From a virus: a DNA stretch of 64,000 nt. The notes below the pieces were generated by a model that saw nothing but the letters and a program-made list of their open reading frames with translations, was not told the DNA's origin and did not search any database. Position numbers and translations under genes: made by a program. This document shows, in pieces, positions 1-9,558 of this stretch. Every line of letters starts with the position of its first letter. Position 1 is the stretch's first letter. The stretch lies in the IMG/VR virus record IMGVR_UViG_3300021963_000002, positions 6,686 to 70,685 of that record. One strand, given 5' to 3'.

Positions 1-1
1 G

Positions 2-2161
2 CACCCGGATACCAAGCAGCCCTACGAATGGATTTCATACAACGACGGGAAGGTGGCACCGGCTCCTGGGTGGCTGGTCAACTTCCTGATGAAGGAGGCC
101 AAGCCCAAGGAGGTTCACAGCTTCCTTCCCGCGTCATACCTGGAGAAGAGTGACGCCTCGACCGAGTTCACCAACCGGCAGATGCGCCGCCACTTCTTTA
201 TGGAAGGCGGTCTGCTGGAGAAGCTGATCGCACATGAGAGCGCCTTCGAAGCTCTCTATTACTCAGAGGTGTGGGAGGAAGGCTTCCAGCCGCTGAAGCC
301 TGAGGGCGGAAATAGCGACGTGCTGGTGGGTGGCTGCCCTTTTCACGACAGCAACAGCGGCACCAGCTTTGCGCTCTGGCCGAACCTCAACTGGTACTGC
401 CATAAGGAAGAGACGGGTGGTGATGCGCTGCAGTTGCTGCACTGCCTGAGGACTCGCGACATTCACGCCGGTGATCCGGCTGGCGCGACCTTGGAGAGCT
501 ATCTGGTCGAGATCGCTGAGGCTGTTGGGGTCAAGTACCCCGAAGACTTCCGGGAGGTGCAGAAGGTCCAGGAGGTCAAGAAGTACGACCCCATCGGTGG
601 ACCGTCGTTCTTGGTGGCGGCGAACAACATCATCGATCTGTTCCGCAACCCGGCGGAGCAGCGGCTGGAGCTGATGCAGCTCGCCCATGACTACGGCGTG
701 CGGATGAGCCCGGACGAGATCCTGCTGGCCCTGCAGGAGGACGTCGACTTCAAGACCAGTGGAACGCCCGTTGGACCTGACGATCGGCGGAAGCTGATCA
801 AAGGGTCGGACTATTTGATCCCTGACCTGCTGAAGCGGCCCAACACGGTGCTGTTCCACGGCGACGGTGGATGCGGCAAGTCGTTGGCCTGCCAGGTGAT
901 CGCCAAACATGTGGGCCGGGGGCTGCCCTTCAAGATCCGGGGCGAGATGGTCCCGGTTTCAGCGGGAACGGTGCTCTGGTGCAACGCCGATCAGAGCCCA
1001 GAGATCCTGGAGGAGCAGTTCGAGGACCAGGGCATCCACAAGGACTCCTGGCTTCGGGTGTGGAACGGATTCCGCCTCAGCTACCGGAAGCGGTTGGTTG
1101 ATGAGCTGAACCGCTACCAACCCTCGCTGGTGGTGATCGACTCCCTCAGTGCGAGTCAGCCGACCATCGATGGCAACAAGCAGATCTCATCGGCAGGGCT
1201 GTACTGGCTGGAGAACAACAACGGGCTGCTCTGGCCGGCGACCTGCTTCCTGATCATTCACCACAACAACAAGCAGGGTGGGTTCCGGGGGCATAGCTCC
1301 ATCCGTGACGCCGTTTCGGAGACGTGGTCGATCCGCAAGCTCGACGACAGCGAGGTCCAGAGCGAGGAGTACGGCTCAGAGTCCTTCCGCAAGCGGGTGA
1401 TCACCATCGGCAAGAGCCGGAACGGGCGCGAGGGGGACAAGCTCGTGACCTCCCTGAACGAGGACTTCACGATGGACCTGGAGGACTACACCCCGGTCCG
1501 CAGGGTCCGCCAGGGCGGCTCTGTGCCGGTGATCGACAAGGTGCTCGATCAGCTCCGGGAAGACACCGCTCAGGGTGTGCTGAGGACCCGCAAGGAGCTG
1601 GAGGCGCTGCTGATGCGGGGAACTGGTGACCGCGCTGTTGCCAAGAGCCTGGAGAGGCTCCGGAAGCGTGGGCTCATCCAGTCCTTTGATGCCGAGCACC
1701 AGCACCGCAGCGATGGGAAGCCTGAGAAGGTCTACGCGGCAATCACAGCGCTGAATACGGGATTAACGGGGGCCTCGCGGGGAGATATCAATGAAAGTGT
1801 GTCGCATTCGACAGATCCCGCTTCAGCACTGGCTTCTGCGAATGCGACAACCAATGCGACAACCTCACCTGTCGCATTCGAAAGTGTTCATCCCGCTACC
1901 GAGTCTCATCTTTCTACGGATGAGGTTGAAGAGGTGCACCCATCACCAATGCGACACCCTGATGCTGTCGCATTCGAAGAACCCAGTCAGGGCAATGCTT
2001 CTGCCGAATGCGACAGTTTGGTGGAGAGAGTAGGGGAGCCCACTTTTGAGGGGCACCTAGACCCCGAATCCGAGGCAGAAGGTGAACCTCCGACCTGGGA
2101 GGAGCTCATGGCCGAGTTCGATCCCACCGAAGAGCCACCGAGCTGGGAGGAGCTGATCTGA
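2..2161 (+). CDS. Primase-helicase (end of Prim-Pol domain, CHC2-like Zn finger, AAA/RecA-like helicase, C-terminal HTH-like region); 5' truncated by window edge
   Basis: Frame open from base 2 (HPDTKQPYEW...APAPGWL, typical Prim-Pol C-terminus); CPFH..WYC Zn motif; Walker A GDGGCGKS; Walker B LVVIDS; IIHH..K..G.RG.S motif. Confidence 0.85.
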   Translation, partial: HPDTKQPYEWISYNDGKVAPAPGWLVNFLMKEAKPKEVHSFLPASYLEKSDASTEFTNRQMRRHFFMEGGLLEKLIAHESAFEALYYSEVWEEGFQPLKPEGGNSDVLVGGCPFHDSNSGTSFALWPNLNWYCHKEETGGDALQLLHCLRTRDIHAGDPAGATLESYLVEIAEAVGVKYPEDFREVQKVQEVKKYDPIGGPSFLVAANNIIDLFRNPAEQRLELMQLAHDYGVRMSPDEILLALQEDVDFKTSGTPVGPDDRRKLIKGSDYLIPDLLKRPNTVLFHGDGGCGKSLACQVIAKHVGRGLPFKIRGEMVPVSAGTVLWCNADQSPEILEEQFEDQGIHKDSWLRVWNGFRLSYRKRLVDELNRYQPSLVVIDSLSASQPTIDGNKQISSAGLYWLENNNGLLWPATCFLIIHHNNKQGGFRGHSSIRDAVSETWSIRKLDDSEVQSEEYGSESFRKRVITIGKSRNGREGDKLVTSLNEDFTMDLEDYTPVRRVRQGGSVPVIDKVLDQLREDTAQGVLRTRKELEALLMRGTGDRAVAKSLERLRKRGLIQSFDAEHQHRSDGKPEKVYAAITALNTGLTGASRGDINESVSHSTDPASALASANATTNATTSPVAFESVHPATESHLSTDEVEEVHPSPMRHPDAVAFEEPSQGNASAECDSLVERVGEPTFEGHLDPESEAEGEPPTWEELMAEFDPTEEPPSWEELI
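1800..2015. repeat. Seven copies of 9-mer AATGCGACA/TGTCGCATT (iteron-like, candidate replication origin)
   Basis: Copies at 1800(-),1841(+),1853(+),1870(-),1948(+),1966(-),2007(+). Confidence 0.8.
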
Positions 2162-2479
2162 CGCTTTATGCAAATAGTGCATGCTCCGGCCAATCCACAG
2201 CAGCGCTAGTACGCTTGTATTCCTTCTGGCGGCGCCCCCTATGGGCCAGTACTGGTTAAGACACGACGGGTTGCCATCCCAGAACGGACCGGATACATTG
2301 CTGTGGCTTGGTTAGTGGGATGCCTATTACTTCAGAACCCGGGAGCTTTTTCGCTGAAACAGGCAGCGAGGGCTTGATCGTTGGCCTTTGGGGTGACGAG
2401 ACCGGTGCAGTCACCTTGGCTCTGCTGGACGAGGCGCGTCCGGCGGGCGCTTTCTTCCTCATCAGCCCCTCCACCCTCC

Positions 2480-4306
2480 ATGAGCTCGCAACCAACTTTC
2501 AAGCTTGTGACCACTGGCTCCGGGGTGAGGGCTGTGTTTCGGGAGCTGGCTGCCGCTCGTCTGTTGGCTGTGGATGTGGAGACAACCGGGCTAAATCCGA
2601 TTGTCGACAAGTTGCTGCTGCTTCAGATCGGGCTGCCTGACATCGTCTATGTCTTTGACTGCCGGACACTGGGTGACGAGATTCGTTATCTAGCACCGGT
2701 TCTCAGCAAGAAGTCCATCTCCAAGCTTGGTCAGAACCTTGCTTTTGACTGGGGTTTCCTAGAAGCCAATGGACTTCCCTTGAGGGGACCCCTGCTCGAC
2801 ACGATGTTGGGCGCAAGGTTGATCAACCTCGGTTTGAGGCACAAAAATGACCTCGGCTCTCTGGTGCAGCGCTACTTGGCCCTTCGTCTGGAGGACAAGA
2901 AAGAGTTGCAAAAGAGCTTTATCGGGCATGAGGGGCCTTTCACTCAGGAACAGCTCGAATACGCAGCCCGCGATGTTGCCCTGCTGTTTCCGTTGTATGA
3001 AAAGCTCCGCTGGAAACTGAAACAGGAGGAGCTGCACCACATCTTCAAGCTGGAGTGCCGGTGCCTTCCCGCTTTTGCGAGCATGACCTACAACGGTTTT
3101 CTGCTTGATGTTGAGCACTATGAGCAACTTTTGGTAGATAGGCGGACTGCGTGCGATGAGGTTGAGAAGGAGGTCGTGGCGCACTTCGAGGAGCTCGGCG
3201 TCCTCGACCAGTACAAAAACCCAGAAACAGGGGAGGTGATGATCCACCCCGCCTCTCACGGCAGGGGGAAGAACAAGATCAAGGGGTTCAACCTCCGATC
3301 CCCTTCCCAGCTCGCCCCAGTCCTGAAAGCGGGAGGGGTCCCAGTAACGGGAAGCCTTGATCAGAACGTCCTGGCATTCCTGGCTCCGGATTACCCGATT
3401 GTTCGCCAGTACCTCCGCTACAAGCACGCGGCGACTGAGTGCTCTCAGATCGAGAAGCTGATCGGGCATGCCATGGACTATCCCGACCACCGTATTCGTG
3501 CTTCCTACCGACAACTGGGTACAGACACCGGGCGCGCATCGTGCTCAGGTCCCAACCTTCAGCAGGTAAACCGCAGCAAGGAGCATCGGCAGGGTTTCCG
3601 CGCCGCGCCTGGTCACAAGCTGGTGATCGCTGACTACTCCCAACTAGAGCTGCGGATTGCTGCAGAGTGCAGCGGTGAGGAGCGCATGGCTCAGGCGTAT
3701 CGCGAGGACGCCGACCTTCACCTCCGCACGGCGTCTCTCATGCTGAACAAGCCTGAGGAAGACATTGACAAGGCTGCCAGAACCTCAGCGAAGATCATTA
3801 ACTTCGGTGCCCTCTATGGCGCGGGTGCCAAAACAATTCAGAAGCAAGCCGTCGCCCAGTACGGCGTTGATATGCCGTTGAGGGAGGCGGAGGAGAAGCT
3901 TTCACAGTGGCGGAAGGCATATCCCCAGCTCATTGGCTGGCAGAAGACTCAGGGCAACCGGGCGGAGTTGAACGTCAAAACGCTGATGGGCCGGCGCCGG
4001 TTGCTCGTTCCTGGTGAGACAGACCGCTTCACCGTCAGGCTCAACACCCAGGTGCAGGGCACCGGTGGTGATTGCATGAAGGCTGCGCTAGCCATGCTCT
4101 GGGAGACCTATTTAGAGCCCAATCCCGAGATCAAACTCGTCGCTTGTGTGCACGACGAGACGGTCCTCGAAGTACCTGATGATCGCGTTGAGGAGGCGAT
4201 GGAAACCCTTAAGCACTGCATGGAGGCAGCGGCTTATGAGGTGTGCATCACCAACGTCCCCATCGTGGCGGAGCCCGGATATGGAGACGATTGGTCGGCT
4301 AAGTAG
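2480..4306 (+). CDS. polA: DNA polymerase, family A, with 3'-5' exonuclease domain
   Basis: ExoI DVETTG, ExoII NLAFD, ExoIII YAARD; motif A DYSQLELR, motif B RTSAKIINFGALYG, motif C VHDE; ATG 2480 preferred to ORF-track start 2381. Confidence 0.95.
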   Translation: MSSQPTFKLVTTGSGVRAVFRELAAARLLAVDVETTGLNPIVDKLLLLQIGLPDIVYVFDCRTLGDEIRYLAPVLSKKSISKLGQNLAFDWGFLEANGLPLRGPLLDTMLGARLINLGLRHKNDLGSLVQRYLALRLEDKKELQKSFIGHEGPFTQEQLEYAARDVALLFPLYEKLRWKLKQEELHHIFKLECRCLPAFASMTYNGFLLDVEHYEQLLVDRRTACDEVEKEVVAHFEELGVLDQYKNPETGEVMIHPASHGRGKNKIKGFNLRSPSQLAPVLKAGGVPVTGSLDQNVLAFLAPDYPIVRQYLRYKHAATECSQIEKLIGHAMDYPDHRIRASYRQLGTDTGRASCSGPNLQQVNRSKEHRQGFRAAPGHKLVIADYSQLELRIAAECSGEERMAQAYREDADLHLRTASLMLNKPEEDIDKAARTSAKIINFGALYGAGAKTIQKQAVAQYGVDMPLREAEEKLSQWRKAYPQLIGWQKTQGNRAELNVKTLMGRRRLLVPGETDRFTVRLNTQVQGTGGDCMKAALAMLWETYLEPNPEIKLVACVHDETVLEVPDDRVEEAMETLKHCMEAAAYEVCITNVPIVAEPGYGDDWSAK

Positions 4307-4336
4307 AGCTATCCTTGTCCCGACAGGGATGTCTCT

Positions 4337-4513
4337 GTGAGTCGTGAGGAGCTCAAGCAAAGGCTGGACGCCGTTGTGGAGCAGCTCCCGCTCGGCTTGC
4401 TGCACCGGCTGATTGAGGACGCGCACTACTTCCTCGATTGGTATCACTCCAAACGACAGCTCCGGAGGCAATACCGGGGCAAGAAAATCCATCGCTACCG
4501 CCGCTTTGATTGA
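4337..4513 (+). CDS. Small hypothetical protein (58 aa, MSREELKQRLDAVVEQLP...)
   Basis: GTG-start ORF filling the polA-dcd gap, overlapping next start; below ORF-track cutoff. Confidence 0.55.
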   Translation: MSREELKQRLDAVVEQLPLGLLHRLIEDAHYFLDWYHSKRQLRRQYRGKKIHRYRRFD

Positions 4514-5012
4514 CCGTCGTATTGCTGAACTTGGGGCTGCTGGCATGGTCCGGCCCTTCATCCAGGAGTGTGTTCAGCCCTGCAGCTATGACGTGCACCT
4601 CGGCACCAATGCTGTGCTCGAAACGGAGGAAGGTTTTCGGCCCGTGTCGCTGGCTGACTACTCACCAGAAAAGCCCTACTTCATTGGGCCAGGTGACTTC
4701 ATGCTGGGAGAGACCGTCGAATACCTGGCGATCCCCCACAACGTGGAGGCTCATCTGCATCTCGTTAGCAGCAGAGCGCGGGAAGGACTGAACCACTCGC
4801 TGGCCGGGTTGATCGACTGCGGGTTTGAGGGGCGGATTACTTTGGAGATTAAGAATATATTGAAATTTGGCTATATCCCTCTCTATCCAGGTCTTCGTAT
4901 CGCTCAGTTGACCTTCTTCGAGTACAAGGACGACGCTAAAAAGCCTTACAAGGGGCGATATTTTGGGGATACAGGCGTATCTCTCGCCAAGGATGGGAAG
5001 GATGTTTTATGA
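4506..5012 (+). CDS. dcd: dCTP deaminase
   Basis: QPCSYDVHL, SSRAREGL, AGLIDCGFEGRITLEI, RIAQL, Y.GRY motifs; start (TTG 4506) uncertain. Confidence 0.9.
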   Translation: MIDRRIAELGAAGMVRPFIQECVQPCSYDVHLGTNAVLETEEGFRPVSLADYSPEKPYFIGPGDFMLGETVEYLAIPHNVEAHLHLVSSRAREGLNHSLAGLIDCGFEGRITLEIKNILKFGYIPLYPGLRIAQLTFFEYKDDAKKPYKGRYFGDTGVSLAKDGKDVL

Positions 5013-5166
5013 CTTCCGTGGTGTAAGGATTTACGAGGTCGGCTTCCCTGTGGGGGACGATGCCGCCTGGTTTTGCGTCATCGATGACAGCCGCCACTAT
5101 TTCAGGACTCTGACTGCTGCGAAGGCGTATTTGGCTCAGCAGTACCCTGAGGACCCTCGTCGCTAG
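5002..5166 (+). CDS. Small hypothetical protein
   Basis: ORF overlapping dcd stop; plausible composition. Confidence 0.5.
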   Translation: MFYDFRGVRIYEVGFPVGDDAAWFCVIDDSRHYFRTLTAAKAYLAQQYPEDPRR

Positions 5167-5311
5167 CAGCGGTGAGGCTGATGCTGCCGTCCTCCCTGAC
5201 ATCCCACTGCAGGACGGTCCCTTCCGACCAGCCCATCTTCTCAATCAAGTCTTCTGGAAAGGTAATGACTCCGTCTTCATCGACGGGTAGTACCCAACTC
5301 TGTTCAGCCAT
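5102..5311 (-). CDS. AbrB/MazE/SpoVT-like swapped-hairpin DNA-binding protein
   Basis: VDEDGVITFPEDLIEKMGWSEGTVLQW..DGSISL pattern. Confidence 0.75.
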   Translation of the reverse strand: MAEQSWVLPVDEDGVITFPEDLIEKMGWSEGTVLQWDVREDGSISLTAASDEGPQGTAEPNTPSQQSES

Positions 5312-5510
5312 CTTGTTCCTGATTGTCTAGGTAGCTTTCTAGCAGTCGTGTGAATAGGCTGTTGTCCTGCTCAATTGCTCGACAGAGATCTGCGTAAGGA
5401 GAGTCTTCATCCCAGTCAAGGGTCACGAGCCCGCTCTCTTCGTCGAAGCTAATGGACAATCCATCTACCTTCTCTTCACCGGATCCGCACGGTGAATTGC
5501 TGTTTCTCAT
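5304..5510 (-). CDS. Hypothetical acidic protein
   Basis: ORF overlapping the AbrB-like gene start. Confidence 0.55.
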   Translation of the reverse strand: MRNSNSPCGSGEEKVDGLSISFDEESGLVTLDWDEDSPYADLCRAIEQDNSLFTRLLESYLDNQEQDG

Positions 5511-5596
5511 CAGACTTTTACAGCGGCCTAATTTAAGCCAAGGGGCTAAATCTTTAATTACGCTTCAGATTATGAAAATCGAAGAGCAGCTTCGGG

Positions 5597-5767
5597 CTAG
5601 TCAGCCTTGAGGTTGGCGCCGCGATAGTTCACGGCGTACTTCTCTTCGTTCCAACGCTGCAAGAACAGGTCGGCCATCCAGCAGGCACCGCAGTAAGCGC
5701 GTTCACCATCGGGGAATGTGACCCGGTAATAGACGGTGCCGAGGTGGTCGAAGAGCTGCTCGATCAC
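5597..5767 (-). CDS. Small hypothetical protein (56 aa, MIEQLFDHLGTVYYRVTFPDG...)
   Basis: GTG-start ORF with GC3-rich codons; -10-like TAGGAT just upstream. Confidence 0.5.
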   Translation of the reverse strand: MIEQLFDHLGTVYYRVTFPDGERAYCGACWMADLFLQRWNEEKYAVNYRGANLKAD

Positions 5768-5855
5768 AGCGCTGAAGCTTGTCTTGTCATCCTAACGGGA
5801 ATGCCTAGCGTCCCCATCCAGATGAGGCTATGCTGCGAAAACCCGGTCTCCGGAC

Positions 5856-6146
5856 ATGGCTCTCATCCAGGATCAAGGCAACGAGACGCTTTGGCATGAC
5901 GCCTTTGCGCGCAATCTGGATCGGTACTCGGACCTGTGGATGTTTGTCGACAGGCACTTCAAGGAAGAGGTCCGCGTCACGCTTCCCCTCGACGTTCTGC
6001 GCCGCGTTGTTGATGACTTGATCTGGGAGACCAACGACGAGATCAGGGAGCTGAGCAAGACCGGAGTCGATGACTCTGGCTCTGATATCGCCAAGGCTCT
6101 GATGGAAGCCGTTGAGCTCTTCGATGGGGTGGGTGTCGGCGAATGA
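5856..6146 (+). CDS. Hypothetical protein
   Basis: Good codon usage; ATGA overlap with next gene. Confidence 0.65.
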   Translation: MALIQDQGNETLWHDAFARNLDRYSDLWMFVDRHFKEEVRVTLPLDVLRRVVDDLIWETNDEIRELSKTGVDDSGSDIAKALMEAVELFDGVGVGE

Positions 6147-6367
6147 CCCAGTCCGTCTTTAGGGACGTGCTCGCCACCAAGCAAGAACTCAAGGACCTGC
6201 ATTCGGTCTGCTGTGTATTTGCAGCGCTTGTCTTTCTTGTCTTCGGTATTCGGGCTGGTCTCGCAGCGCTGTTCGCTTGGGGTATCTGCTCAATCTGGAG
6301 CTCCCTGCCTTTTTGGCCAGTCGCTGGCTTGTTTTTTGTTGTCTCTTTTCTAATTCCGCAACGATGA
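6143..6367 (+). CDS. Small membrane protein
   Basis: Long hydrophobic stretches; ATGA overlaps at both ends. Confidence 0.55.
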   Translation: MTQSVFRDVLATKQELKDLHSVCCVFAALVFLVFGIRAGLAALFAWGICSIWSSLPFWPVAGLFFVVSFLIPQR

Positions 6368-8643
6368 AGTCTGATTTCTCTCCTTTGGCGCCTGCCGCGA
6401 ACCCGGTGTTCTACAGGACCTACAGCCGAAAGACCGCTGATGGTCGGGAGAGCTGGCAGGCCGTTGTGGAGCGGACTGTGCGTGGCATCGCTGAGTTGGG
6501 TCAGCTCACGGAATCTGAGACGGAGCTGATTCGTCGGATGCAACTGGATCAAAAGGTGCTTCCCTCCGGTCGTTGGCTGTGGGTCGGTGGCACCGATTGG
6601 ATCGACGATCCTTCTAACTTCTCCGGCGCCTACAACTGCACCTCGACCAACCTCGTCGACTGGGAGGCGTTCGGGTTGATGATGGATCTGGCGATGATGG
6701 GCTCCGGCACTGGGGCGATCATCGAGGAGCGCTGCATCCGCAAGCTTCCTGAGATCCGCAACTGTTTCCGCATCGTCGAGGTCAAGGAACCTGGCTCTGT
6801 CCCTGAGGGCGAGCGCAAGGAATTCACAAAGGTCACCAGCAAGGGCAATGCCCTGAACATCCAAGTTGGCGATAGCCGCCAGGGTTGGGTGGAGAGCTAC
6901 CAGGCGCTGCTGGAGTGCTCCAGTGATGACAGCTTTGATCCTGCCAAGGCGATTGAGGTCACTGTTGATCTCTCCAATGTCCGGCCGTCTGGCGAGAAGC
7001 TCAAGGGTTTTGGTGGGACCTCCAACCCCATCAAGTTGAAGGATCTGTACGGCCGGATGGTCGCCATCCTGAACAAGGCGCAAGGTCGCAAGTTGACCTC
7101 AGTTGAGTGCTGCCTCCTGATCGACGAGGCTGCCTCGGTCGTGGTGGCCGGCAACATCCGCCGCTCTGCCGGTATGCGCCAGTTCGGCTCCGATGACTTT
7201 TCTGCGGCTGTCGCGAAGGACAATCTTTGGCAGCAGGACAGCGAGGGCAACTGGCGCATCGATCCCGAGCGCGATGCCTTGCGGATGGCGAACCACACCC
7301 GGGTGTTCCACTCCAAGCCCAGTCGCGAGACGGTGCTGGAAGCCGTGACCAAGCAGTTCTATTCCGGTGAGGGCGCGATCCAGTTCGCTCCGGAGGCGAT
7401 TGCTCGCTCGAACGCTGACATCCTTAAGACCAAGGATCAGCGCAAGATGTTCGTCGATCTCTACTGCGACGACGGTATTGATGCGGCTGCTTCGTACCTC
7501 TGGATGCAGCAACCTGACTGCTCTTATGAGGAGATGCAGCACCGGATGGGCCGCTATGGGTTAAATCCTTGTGGGGAGATCCTGGGCTCTGATTTCCACT
7601 GCAATCTGTCGGAAGTCCACCTCAACCGCCTCGATCCGACTGATACCCATGCCCAGAGTGAAGCCTTCCGCGCCGGTGCTCTGGCAGTGGCCGCTCTCCT
7701 CAACCACCGCTTCGTTGTCGAGCGGTACCGGAAGAGTCGTGAGCTGGACCCCATCGTGGGAGTGTCCTTTACCGGACTCTTCGACTTCTTCGTCCACGCT
7801 TTTGGCAGCTCCTGGCTCAAGTGGTGGGAAGCCGGTCGTCCTAATACAGACGAGGGCAAAGCATTCCGCGCAACGGAACAGGCATACCTGATGCGCTGGC
7901 GGAACATCGTGGACAGCACCGTCCGCGAGTACTGCGAAAGACTCGGGCTCCGTGTTCCTAACCGCTGCACCACCGTTCAGCCCGCCGGTACCAAGAGCCT
8001 CTTAACCGGAGCGTCTTCGGGTTGGCATCCGCCCAAGGCAACTCGCTTTATCCGCCGGATCACCTTCCGCAAGGACGATCCTGTGGCTCTGGCTTGCCTG
8101 GACTACGGCTACACCGTTGTTCCCTCCCAATCTGACAAGGATGAAGAGGGTCGGCTGCTGGACGATCCGTTCGATCCGCGCTGCACCGAGTGGCTCGTGG
8201 AAATTCCCACGGCTGTGAGCTGGGCAGGCGTCGAAGGTGCTGACCAGGTCGACATCAGCCAGTTTTCAGCCCTGGCGCAATATGACTTCTACATGCAAGT
8301 GCAGAAGTACTACACCGCGCACAACACTTCGGCGACCATCGAGTACCGCGAGAACGAGATCGAGCCCCTGGCCAATGCCATCTACCAGTCCATGGAGAAC
8401 GGCGACGGCTACATCTCTGCAGCATTGCTGGCTCGTTTCGATGCAAATGAGACGTTCCCTCGTCTGCCCTTTGAGCCGATTACTGAAGAGCGCTTCGATG
8501 AGCTTCAGGCGCAGGTGATCCAACGCCGCAAGACAGAAGACTTCTTCGCTGCCCTTCAGCAATACGACACCGCTGAACTTGTCGAGGCTGGCCCTGCTGG
8601 CTGCGATTCGGACAAGTGTCTCCTGCCGCTCGCTAAAGGCTGA
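6364..8643 (+). CDS. nrdJ: Class II (adenosylcobalamin-dependent) ribonucleotide reductase, monomeric RTPR type
   Basis: RTYSR, PSGRWLW, AYNC, GNIRRSA, NPCGE, CNLSE, TTVQPAGTKS, C-terminal CDSDKC; ATG 6364. Confidence 0.95.
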   Translation: MKSDFSPLAPAANPVFYRTYSRKTADGRESWQAVVERTVRGIAELGQLTESETELIRRMQLDQKVLPSGRWLWVGGTDWIDDPSNFSGAYNCTSTNLVDWEAFGLMMDLAMMGSGTGAIIEERCIRKLPEIRNCFRIVEVKEPGSVPEGERKEFTKVTSKGNALNIQVGDSRQGWVESYQALLECSSDDSFDPAKAIEVTVDLSNVRPSGEKLKGFGGTSNPIKLKDLYGRMVAILNKAQGRKLTSVECCLLIDEAASVVVAGNIRRSAGMRQFGSDDFSAAVAKDNLWQQDSEGNWRIDPERDALRMANHTRVFHSKPSRETVLEAVTKQFYSGEGAIQFAPEAIARSNADILKTKDQRKMFVDLYCDDGIDAAASYLWMQQPDCSYEEMQHRMGRYGLNPCGEILGSDFHCNLSEVHLNRLDPTDTHAQSEAFRAGALAVAALLNHRFVVERYRKSRELDPIVGVSFTGLFDFFVHAFGSSWLKWWEAGRPNTDEGKAFRATEQAYLMRWRNIVDSTVREYCERLGLRVPNRCTTVQPAGTKSLLTGASSGWHPPKATRFIRRITFRKDDPVALACLDYGYTVVPSQSDKDEEGRLLDDPFDPRCTEWLVEIPTAVSWAGVEGADQVDISQFSALAQYDFYMQVQKYYTAHNTSATIEYRENEIEPLANAIYQSMENGDGYISAALLARFDANETFPRLPFEPITEERFDELQAQVIQRRKTEDFFAALQQYDTAELVEAGPAGCDSDKCLLPLAKG

Positions 8644-8969
8644 TGAACGAGTACTACACCCGTCTGAAGGTAGAGATAGAGGAGTCGGGCGGTTACGAGC
8701 TCGACTCCTTGTCTCCTCACACCGTCCGATTTGAATCGGACATGAGCGACTGTAGCGTTCATGCTTGGTTTGCTGCCTTCGAGAAGATTCTGGCTCTACA
8801 GGGTTTCTCGGAGCACAACATTGCCGCCGGTGCGTGTCAGCTCGCCTTCAATGAAATGCGGCCCAAAGAGCTCATGCAGAAAGTGGCCCATGAGTATGAC
8901 ATCAAGCTGCTGGAGGACATCGATGACTATGAGTCTCCTGCCCCAGTCGTCGTCACTGCGGATGTCTGA
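8643..8969 (+). CDS. Hypothetical protein
   Basis: TGATG coupling to nrdJ. Confidence 0.65.
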   Translation: MNEYYTRLKVEIEESGGYELDSLSPHTVRFESDMSDCSVHAWFAAFEKILALQGFSEHNIAAGACQLAFNEMRPKELMQKVAHEYDIKLLEDIDDYESPAPVVVTADV

Positions 8970-9351
8970 GATGGATCAGCAATCTCTGCGAGCTCGTGTT
9001 ATCGCAGCCATGCAGACGGCATCGTTTGCTGATCCGGCTACGGATTGGTGGGATCTGGCGGCTGATGGGGCGATCAGCGAAATTGCCCAGGCATTCCGCG
9101 AGGACGACCTTGGTTTGTCAGCGGATTGGCTAGAGCAGAAGCGGGTGGTTCCACCGCCCCCGCTGTGGCAAGAGATGGAAGCGGCGTTCGACTCGACTGT
9201 CGACGATTGCTTCTACGAATTCAACGAGGCTGCCGGCGCCATGCTGAATGCTGTGGCTGACAGCCTGGAGACCAATGTGTTCCTAGAGGCGGCTAAATAC
9301 ATCCGGCAGCAAGCGGAAATAGCAATCAAGTACGTCAAGCCACCGTTTTAA
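8962..9351 (+). CDS. Hypothetical protein
   Basis: ATG 8962 overlapping previous stop. Confidence 0.6.
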   Translation: MSEMDQQSLRARVIAAMQTASFADPATDWWDLAADGAISEIAQAFREDDLGLSADWLEQKRVVPPPPLWQEMEAAFDSTVDDCFYEFNEAAGAMLNAVADSLETNVFLEAAKYIRQQAEIAIKYVKPPF

Positions 9352-9357
9352 TGAGCC

Positions 9358-9558
9358 ATGTGGCATTTATGGGCCAAGGCGCTCGGCGAGAAGGCGTCGG
9401 ACTGCTCTCGGGAATCGGATCGTGTTGCTTTGATCAGAACGGTGATTTTTGCGTCTTACCTACTGACCAACTGCTTCATCGTCGCTGGTGTCATCCGGCA
9501 CTGGGACAACTCCAAATCAACTTCTAATTTCAGTCAAATTAGGAGTTGCGAGTCCTGA
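9358..9558 (+). CDS. Conserved cyanophage small membrane protein (W..WAKALGEK family)
   Basis: MWHLWAKALGEKA...IRT...LTNCFIVAGVIRHW resembles a protein I recall as common in cyanophages. Confidence 0.7.
   Translation: MWHLWAKALGEKASDCSRESDRVALIRTVIFASYLLTNCFIVAGVIRHWDNSKSTSNFSQIRSCES

Noticed and set aside
2308-2640. 110-aa ORF overlapping the polA start
   Set aside because: Overlaps 160 bp of polA in another frame with no recognisable motif; a short real gene here cannot be excluded
6043-7083. 346-aa minus-strand ORF and many other long antisense ORFs (e.g. 263..910, 2759..3514, 41654..42526, 58694..59476)
   Set aside because: Shadow frames of GC3-biased genes with clear motifs on the opposite strand
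6364-8643. Intein or intron in nrdJ (also checked polA and terL)
   Set aside because: Lengths and motif spacing are normal; no intein splice motifs or frame breaks
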